Shown here: positions 55,685-64,000 of the stretch, in pieces
How the letters are laid out: each line of letters begins with the position of its first letter
Position numbering within the stretch: the stretch's first letter is position 1
Source: Octopus vulgaris
Taxonomy: Eukaryota
Reading direction: 5' to 3'
DNA length: 64,000 bases
NCBI GenBank assembly: GCA_951406725.2
Contig: OX597835.1
Location: 4,278,001-4,342,000 of the forward strand
Translations under genes and position numbers: made by a program
The notes under the pieces: generated by a model
The model's input: only the letters and a program-made list of their open reading frames with translations
Told to the model about the DNA's origin: nothing
Databases searched by the model: none

Positions 55685-56225
55685 GATTGCGTGTGTATGT
55701 GTAAATTGTTCCGCTGACAGGAACAATTTATTAATAAAATAAATACACTTTATGTAGCTTTGACGCAAGCTAAAATGTCGCAGGCGACGTAAATTGCTAA
55801 TTTCCAAGAATTATTGCCAAGATTTCGTTTTATATTCTCCGGTTTTCGATGGAAAACGAAACATAATTTCGCAAATCTATGTCGTCGTTGTCAAAACGAA
55901 CAAACACTTTGGTGATTTCCTATCTGTGAGAATAGGTGTTGGGGGAAAATCTGACTTGAAATCGGTAGAAGGCTTTCTTCGCATAAACTCGCTCGGTTGT
56001 GTGTGTGTGTGTGTATGTGTATGTGTGTGTGTTTGTTAGTTAGTTTGTGTGTGTGTATGTGTGTGTTTGTGTACGAACGTGTTTATGTGAATATGTATAT
56101 GTGTGAGTACGTGTAAGTATAAATATGAGCATGTATATCTGAGCATCTAATAATAAGCACACAGAAAGTAAATGCATGCAAACGTACATATACATATACA
56201 CACACACACACACACAGAGAAACAT

Positions 56226-56280
<55 letters not shown>

Positions 56281-56606
56281 GTGCGCGCGTGTGTGTGTGT
56301 TTGTACCCACATGCATACATATATATATATATATATATACACACATATGTGCATACATGTATATGTATGTATACTGTTATATTAATCAACGTGTGAGGAC
56401 ACACATACACACACACGCACACACACAGCGCGTGCCCTCACACACAACTATAGCTTACTTCGCAACTACATTGTTCCGGGTTCAGTCCCACTAAAGTTAC
56501 TTCTTTCGAAATTCCTTTGTTCTTTTTGTCCTTCCTTGAAATTGCACGAGATTCTTCGTCCAGATTTTTTTGTTTCTTTGAATGACACAAGCACTTCTCT
56601 TATGGG

Positions 56607-57345
56607 ACATTATTTTAGATACTCAAAAGGTGGTTCGATGGTTTAAGCTTCTAGAAATTAATAAGAATAGTAAATTCTTGCAACTAGATATAGAGAGCTA
56701 ATTATGCCACTATTAACCCGATCGTTCTTAATCAAATTCTGATTTATAGCTTGAAAAATTCTGATTTGTCCCGACGCGAAATAGATATACTTGCCGCATA
56801 AGCCACTCCTTTAGATTTTGATGTTAGATTATGGAGTAGATTAGATAAGGAGAATGCATTTGATATAGCAATGGGCTCATACGATTCTGCTCAAGTCACT
56901 GACATAGTCGGAGTATATATTCTTTCATTAATCCATTCTTCCTTTCCGGAAGTAACAGGGGTCTATATAGAAATGACGTTTTAATTTTTCCTGGACAAAA
57001 GTAGCAAAGTACAATTAGAAAGGATTAAGAAAAATTTCTTTAGGCTTTTTAAAAATTTAAGACTAAACATTACTATGGGTAAAGATCATCGCAGCGTGAA
57101 GTTTCTTGACGCTACTTTCTGTCTTGATACTGGATTATTTGAACCATTTCATAAGCCAAATGATCATATTAAGTACATTAACGTAGCATCCAACCATTCA
57201 GCCTCGATAATATGGGGATAAGTTAAGAATATTTCTGCAAGAATTTCTAGATTATCCGATAATAATAAAATTTTCGAATTAAATGCATCTTATTATGATG
57301 CTGCTCTTGCTATGGCTGGGTACCGTGAAAAAATTCAGTATATAC
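56607..57345 (+). mobile_element. Penelope-like element reverse transcriptase remnant (possibly Naiad/Chlamys clade)
   Basis: KFLQLDIES..FDIAMGSYDSAQVTDIVGVYIL..GLYRND..VKFLDATF..PFHKPN..YINVASNH are PLE RT and thumb motifs, with stops and frameshifts; clade call is from memory. Confidence 0.85.
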
Positions 57346-57780
57346 AAGAAGCAGGCAGACACAACACTACTAATTCCTCTAATTGTAATTCAAATTGTAG
57401 ACCACCACAAACGTCACGGTTTGAGATCTCACTCAGATAAAGAATGCAGACCAGGAAGAATTGGTCATATCAATGAACTACCAACGGAAAAAAAATATAT
57501 ATACAGATAGATAAATATAGATGTACGCACACACACTCTCTCTCTCTCACACACACACACATACATATGTGCATACACAGGCAACACACAAACACGCATT
57601 TGTTTATTCAGACACATACACACACACACACGCGCGCACACACAGACACACACACAGACACACAGATACACACACAGATACACAGATACACACACACACA
57701 CGCGCGCGCACACACACACTGACACATACAGACACACAGATACACACACACACAGACACACAGATACACACACGCACACA

Positions 57781-57828
<48 letters not shown>

Positions 57829-58476
57829 CCATAGTGAGACTAAAACAGGCGGTGATTTATAGCTGCCATTCGAAGGCAAGTCCAGTGTGACACGAGTGAC
57901 AATATCGACATCAAACTCTTGTCTGGAAATCAATGTTGACATATGGCCGCCATTTTGATGTATTCCAATTGTTATTGGAAAAGTTGTTTAGTAAGGATGG
58001 TATATAATATCAATCAGAGTAACGGTATTAGGTTGGTGGTCCGGGCTACGGAGGTGGTGGTGGTGGTGGTGGTGGTGGTGGTGGTGGTGGTGGTGGTGGC
58101 GGGGTTGTGGTTTTTCTTATGTTGATTGAAGAGAGATAGATAGATAGGGAGAGAGAGAGAGAGAGAGAGAGAGAAGGAAAGAGAGGAAGAGAGGCGGAGA
58201 AAGAGGGAGAGAGAAGGGGAAGGGAGAAGTTATAAATAAATAAATAAATGAGAAAAAGATTGAATATGAAATATCTGTCGGTTTACGTGACAGGAAACTA
58301 ATATCTTTAGCTGTTAACATCAACACCAAGAACAAGAACGACGATAACAACAACAACAACAACAACAGCAACAACAACAGCAACAGCAGTAAAAATGACG
58401 CTAATAATAAGCGAATCAATGACAAAAATGTAGAAGAATTAATTTCTGATGGTAATATACTGTCAGGTATTTGGAG

Positions 58477-58513
<37 letters not shown>

Positions 58514-58874
58514 GGAGAGAGAAAGGTAGGCTTTACAAATTAATAAATTGGTGATGAGGAAGGCGGGCCACATTCCCCAGAAGTGGGCCATCGAGAATTA
58601 TTAGCGGGTCCTTGTGACATTGGTATATTTAGGAAAATCTATAATTCATATTGATTACGAGTTTTTCCCTGATCATTGTATTTTTAAAATTGAATTTATT
58701 ATTTTTCTCCGTCACATATGATAGTCATGATTTCTCTTTTATTTTATTTCTATTATCGTTTAAATCAAAATTTCCCTCAAAACATTAAATTTTAGTTTTA
58801 TTTATTTGACTTTAGGTGAACCATGACAGAAATATAAAATATAAAACAATTTAGAGCAATGACAGAATAACAGA

Positions 58875-59834
58875 AATTCCAACCACATTTCGTGGTTCGC
58901 TACCTCAACCGCTCCTTTGTAGGATCCAGTTGCTAAAGACATCATCAGGAGGAACCACGTCCGGTTTTGGCCCCTACTCCTCTACCGTTTTCGATGTGGC
59001 GCCCCCCCTCACTTTCGGAGGTGTCTTTAGCTCTGGTGTTGAGCACGTTTTTCTTTCTCCTTCTTTCTTTTGTTCTTTGGTTTCTTTGATGCAGCGTCAA
59101 CGAATGTCAGCGGCGAATGACAATCCTGCTAAATTTACCTTTAAATACTTGCCGGTAGGCTCCAGTAGCCAGCACCAGCTAACTGTCCCGTGACACTATC
59201 TAAGCTTCGAATCATTTTGAGTCTTCTCGTTTCAACCATATATATAGAAGCTGACTTTCTCGACTGCTTCCTGTATCATCCTTATTACTTTTCTCAGCTC
59301 TGATCTTGAAATTGCAAAACTTTTAAATAACGTCACCATTTTCCTTTTAATGAGGCCTCTAGCCCCTATTGCCAGGTGGTAATACTCAACAGTCCAGCCC
59401 TGTTCTCTGCCCTCTTCGATTAATCTCTTTTACCACTTCTCCTTCCGTTGCTCTGCATTAGCGATGTTCTCTTCCCATGGAACACAGAATTCTCCGTTCT
59501 GTGTTTCAAAGGGATCTTTTTGTTGTTTTTAGGAGTGGAAATATTATCAGTCTTTCCAAATCCTCGGCCAGCTCCCGGTATCCTTCCATCTTTCGTCTGT
59601 CTCGAATACTTTATTTGAAGGCCTGGCCTTATGTCCTTTCCCCTCCTTCTGGAAGTGTATCCTTCCACGCTTTTCCACTTTTTGGTATTCTCACCTATTA
59701 TATCTCTCGATCTTCTCCTTGAGTGCTGCGCTTATGACATCGAGGACGTGATTGTGACGCCATGTATATCTGTCTAGTGCTAGCCTACAGTTTGACAGAA
59801 CATGTCTCACCGTCGCTTTCTCTCTGCATCTACA
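58875..59834 (-). mobile_element. Hero/NeSL-type RLE LINE, 3' portion
   Basis: CRC..RHVLSNCRLALDRYTWRHNHVL zinc knuckle; DLERLIIFP..TTKR; VPWEENIANAEQRK; QGWTVEYYHLAIGARG; EAVEKVSFYIW; the PDIV segment is missing. Confidence 0.85.
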
Positions 59835-60346
59835 TCACATATCTAAATGGTTATAAAATCTCATTGGTCCCTATTTTAACATCCCTTTAACAATGGATCG
59901 TGAAGACAACGTCACTGAAATTCGAACGTAAAAGAAGTGATTGAACATAATAGAGAATTTCGTTCGGAAAACAAGACAAAATGTTGTTTTGTTCGGAGTT
60001 AAAATATCACTCAGTTGGTGCTCTGATATTCAAGTTGTAGCCATCTGCTGGTTACTTTGAGCTGAGGAATAAATGATAGCCCTGCACTGGTTACTCCTTG
60101 AGTAGGTGCGAAGTGCCCTGCAGGAGGCATAAATGATGATACTGCTGGATACAGGTATGACGCTTTAAATTCTTGATAACTATAGATCTAGTGTGCCAGT
60201 GTATGGGTTGGACACAAGGGTTTGCTGCCTTTGCCACGTAAACGGTGTAACAACCTAACCATTAAACCACTCATCTACACACAAATGTAGCACAGTAGAG
60301 GTAATCAAATAGATCTTGGCAAATACACACGCACGCACACACACAC

Positions 60347-60430
<84 letters not shown>

Positions 60431-60467
60431 GGCTAGATAGATATTTACAAAACATGTGTCTATATAA

Positions 60468-60802
60468 AGACCATCTTCGGTCATGAATGACCTTGGGATG
60501 TACCTAGAAAGTTCCCTCTGAGGCACAAGTCCGGGCAAGGTTGTTTATGGAAGACCAGTAGTCGTCCATGCATACAAGTTTCCCCTCTCCACGCCACCGA
60601 TGTTATCCAAGGGAAAGGCAAAGGGGCCGATACAGCTTGGCACCAGTGACGTCACAACTCATTTCTACAGATGAGTGAACTGGAGCAACGTGAAATAAAG
60701 TGTCTTACTAAAGAACACAACACACAGCCTGATCCGGGAATCGAACTCACTACCCCATGATTGTGAACCTGACGCTCTAATCACTGAGCCATGCGCCTTC
60801 AC
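60468..60802 (-). mobile_element. SINE family D-related copy with a different 3' half
   Basis: Shares the head and GAGCAACGTGAAAT.AAGTGT body with 52750-52884; the tail differs. Confidence 0.8.
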
Positions 60803-61552
60803 GAGTAAATAGATATGTGTGTGTGAGTGTGTGTGCTCGCGCGTTTAATCAGAAATGTACAATACGCTGTTAGTATTGTTATGCTTTAACAACATACACG
60901 TGTTTCAATAAACCGGTGACCTATTTCCTTTATTTCTCAGTCACAGTGCATAGTGTAAAGAGTATCACATTATCCAACGTGCCTCTAACTCTTCTGAGAG
61001 GTTGAAGGTGGAATTCAAGAGAGATTTGACGACCTGTTCATTGGAACTTGTAAAATTGCTTTGTAGGAAAGACGTTCCAATTTTAGTGAGAAACAGATGG
61101 AAGGTTTAGAATGACTGGAAAATATCTGGAATGGTATAAAAAGTCTGTTCTAAAGAAAAATAACAACAACAACAACAACAACGTTGGGTATGGGCAAGAC
61201 ATTATTTGAAGAAATTGGAGAAATCCAGCCTATCATATGATTGGATATTATGAAATATCAAACAAGAGACGTAGAAGTGGATATCAGCAGTGACAGGGAT
61301 ATGGGGTTCTAACTGACAGAAAGTTGTCACGACGAAATTTCAATTACGTAAACGTATTTACGAATATTTTTAGACTTACAACGAACAGGCGCCCCGGGGC
61401 ACAAGCTCACACACATAAGCCAACACACGCACACATATACAAGAACAAACATGCATGGACATATATATATATACACACACACTCATACTAGGCCACACAC
61501 GACACCACAATCACAGATGTTCACGAGCGCGTATTGCTGTAAAACTTATCGC

Positions 61553-61642
<90 letters not shown>

Positions 61643-61644
61643 AA

Positions 61645-62158
61645 TAAATGCCCTGATGCAGTACCAGGCAGTGGCTATCATGTCTTTTGATCTTATCTGA
61701 TTCGAAGTGTTATCATGTACATTGTTTTGTCTTGGTATAAAAGATGGGCTGCAGCAAATATTCTTCTCAATACTACAGATGTTCTTGTTAGTTGCTTGAC
61801 TTTAGCCAGTTGAGCATGTCCCTTAGTGGCTGACGATATGTGCATCTCTGGCGAGTATCATAATCATACGCTGACAGGAATTCTTCTGGGTTTGAATAAT
61901 TCACCTCTGGAGACATGGATGCTTTGTTTAACATCCTTAAATAAACCTTATTCAGTGACATTTTGAAACACGAAAAAATTCTAATTGGGCCCTACATGCA
62001 AAGCCATGTGCTAGTTATCTTGATATGAGATCACCATGTCGCGCACATGTGGCTGTGATGCATGTGCTTAGTGTGCCCTTAGCAGACGGGTAGTCATGAT
62101 GGGCATGCTGGGTCTCGTATATTTTACCCCAGTCTCACTTCGATAGCAAGCACTGCCA
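61645..62158. mobile_element. Unclassified interspersed repeat abutting (TAA)n(GAA)n
   Basis: Abrupt start at the microsatellite; resembles a common octopus repeat from memory only; single copy in this window. Confidence 0.35.
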
Positions 62159-62169
62159 TCAATTTCAAG

Positions 62170-62342
62170 GGAGTGGTAAGTCGATTACATCAACCCCAAT
62201 AATCAAACAGTAATTCTTTCAACGTTCCCGCAAGGACAAAAGCCAAATGTGACCTAGGCAGAATTTGATCTCACAGCCTAAACGGACGAAATGCAGCAAA
62301 ACATTTTGTTCGGGATGCTAACGATCCTGCCAGCTCACCTGC
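62170..62342 (-). mobile_element. SINE family B, diverged
   Basis: AGTCGATTACATCAACCCCA..GAATTTGATCTCA..GCTAACGATCCTGCCAGCTCACC. Confidence 0.75.
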
Positions 62343-62399
62343 TTAACAATGATGATGAGGATGACGACGACATGGTACATATGATACATATGTGTGTGT

Positions 62400-62410
62400 G
62401 TGTCTGTCTG

Positions 62411-62481
<71 letters not shown>

Positions 62482-62533
62482 GTCTGTCTGTCTGTCTGCC
62501 TGCCTGCCTGCCTGTCTGCCTGCCTGCCTGTCT

Positions 62534-62578
<45 letters not shown>

Positions 62579-62593
62579 ATGTCTGTCTGTCTG
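62400..62593. repeat. (TCTA)n/(TCTG)n/(CCTG)n compound tetranucleotide repeat
   Basis: Read directly. Confidence 0.95.
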
Positions 62594-62644
62594 TAAGAGA
62601 CACTACCACTCTGGAAATAGCAGTCAAAACTTGACTCTAAAATC

Positions 62645-62742
62645 TCTTGCTTAAGAACACAACACACAACCAGGTCTGGGAATCGAACTCATTTCCTCAT
62701 GATTGTGAGACCGATGCTCTAACTACAAAGCCATGTCCCTTC
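62645..62742 (-). mobile_element. SINE family D head fragment
   Basis: AAGAACACAACACACA..GGGAATCGAACTCA..CATGATTGTGA matches 60712-60800. Confidence 0.75.
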
Positions 62743-63567
62743 ATATGTGTGTGTGTGTGTGTGTGCATTAAAGCAATGCACCTTCGTCTTCCAAAAGCCA
62801 TAAACTGTTACAATGTTCTATTTCTCTCCGCTATAACACAGCAAATTTATTAACTAATTTATTAACTGGGATGATCCGTGGTTGATATCTATAATATATG
62901 AACAGATAAAAAAGGGTACTTTGGGTAATGTGGTCCTAGATGGACTGCGCCCAGAACACATAGCTGATCACTCCAGCAGACATGGCTTTCATCTTAGACG
63001 TGTTCGACTGGGTTTGAGTAGAATCTGAAAGACGGAGCAGCGTTTCGTGGCCATGGGTGTATAGACAATACAGAGATATTACTGGTTCCCTGCACACACA
63101 GACACACACACACCAATTGAAGGCATGAACAACACAACATCTTATTCCTAGACTGTAAAAAAACACGAGCAATATTTCACAGTCTTTTGTGAGCGTCGCA
63201 GCTGGTTTCTTTGTTGCGTCCAGAAACAGTCGATTCGCAGAACTGTAGATTTGTTACCTCAAAGACGGCTTCGTTTCTGTTGAAATAGGTGCTGCCACCT
63301 AGTGTAAGTCCATACTTCTACGCAATGTGTTGTCGTACAGGGTGGGCGTGAATCATGTATTTATTTGAGATATTATTCAAAAATGGAGGGCAATCCAAAT
63401 TTATGTTTTTTCTTTAACAATGTGTCTCCAGATAATAAAACACAATAAAAATATTTCGCTGGCCGCCATCTTAACAGCCGCCATGTATTTAACCAATGAC
63501 TGTCCTCGCCAATCGTTAATAGTTTTTATGACAACCAGATGCTAGAAAGGAAGGGCGGAAAGGAGAC

Positions 63568-63608
<41 letters not shown>

Positions 63609-63829
63609 CATCACTCCCTCCTCTCTCACTTTTTCTCTCTCTCTCTCCCACCTCTCTATCAAGATATCAGTCTTCACTGCTTGTTACCACGGACAGCTCT
63701 GACATGATTGGGGCTTAGAAGAAGAGTGATATATACTTTTACTACTGTAGGACGTATGCCAGACGAAATACGATTCTCTCTCACTCCTTTATACACACAC
63801 ACAGATACTTATCTATATATATATACTCG

Positions 63830-63873
<44 letters not shown>

Positions 63874-64000
63874 TACAAATACACACGCATCCCAAAATAT
63901 GAATATATATGTGTGTGTGTGCGTGTGTGTGTGCATGAATGAATGTATGTCCGTTTGTATGTATACAAATGCGTATGTATGTATGTGTGTATATATATAT

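Overview
AT-rich, extremely microsatellite-dense animal DNA, most likely intronic or intergenic sequence from an octopus or related coleoid cephalopod (inferred from SINE families I recall and the repeat density; not database-confirmed). Almost every ORF in the track is a translation artefact of (TA)n, (CA)n, (GATA)n or (TAA)n repeats. The real content is four tRNA-derived SINE families in many copies, decayed retrotransposon pieces (Dong/R4 inside (TAA)n, Hero-like, RTE, CR1-like, a Penelope-like RT), a Tc1 transposase remnant, and several MITE or foldback elements. A few well-bounded candidate exons of an unidentified minus-strand gene are also present. The most interesting signal is a set of short elements abutting (TA)n tracts that carry minimal type I hammerhead-ribozyme motifs. 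Several have non-canonical cores (CUGUNGA, CCGACGA) and one pair is inverted, suggesting a microsatellite-associated Penelope/retrozyme-like system.
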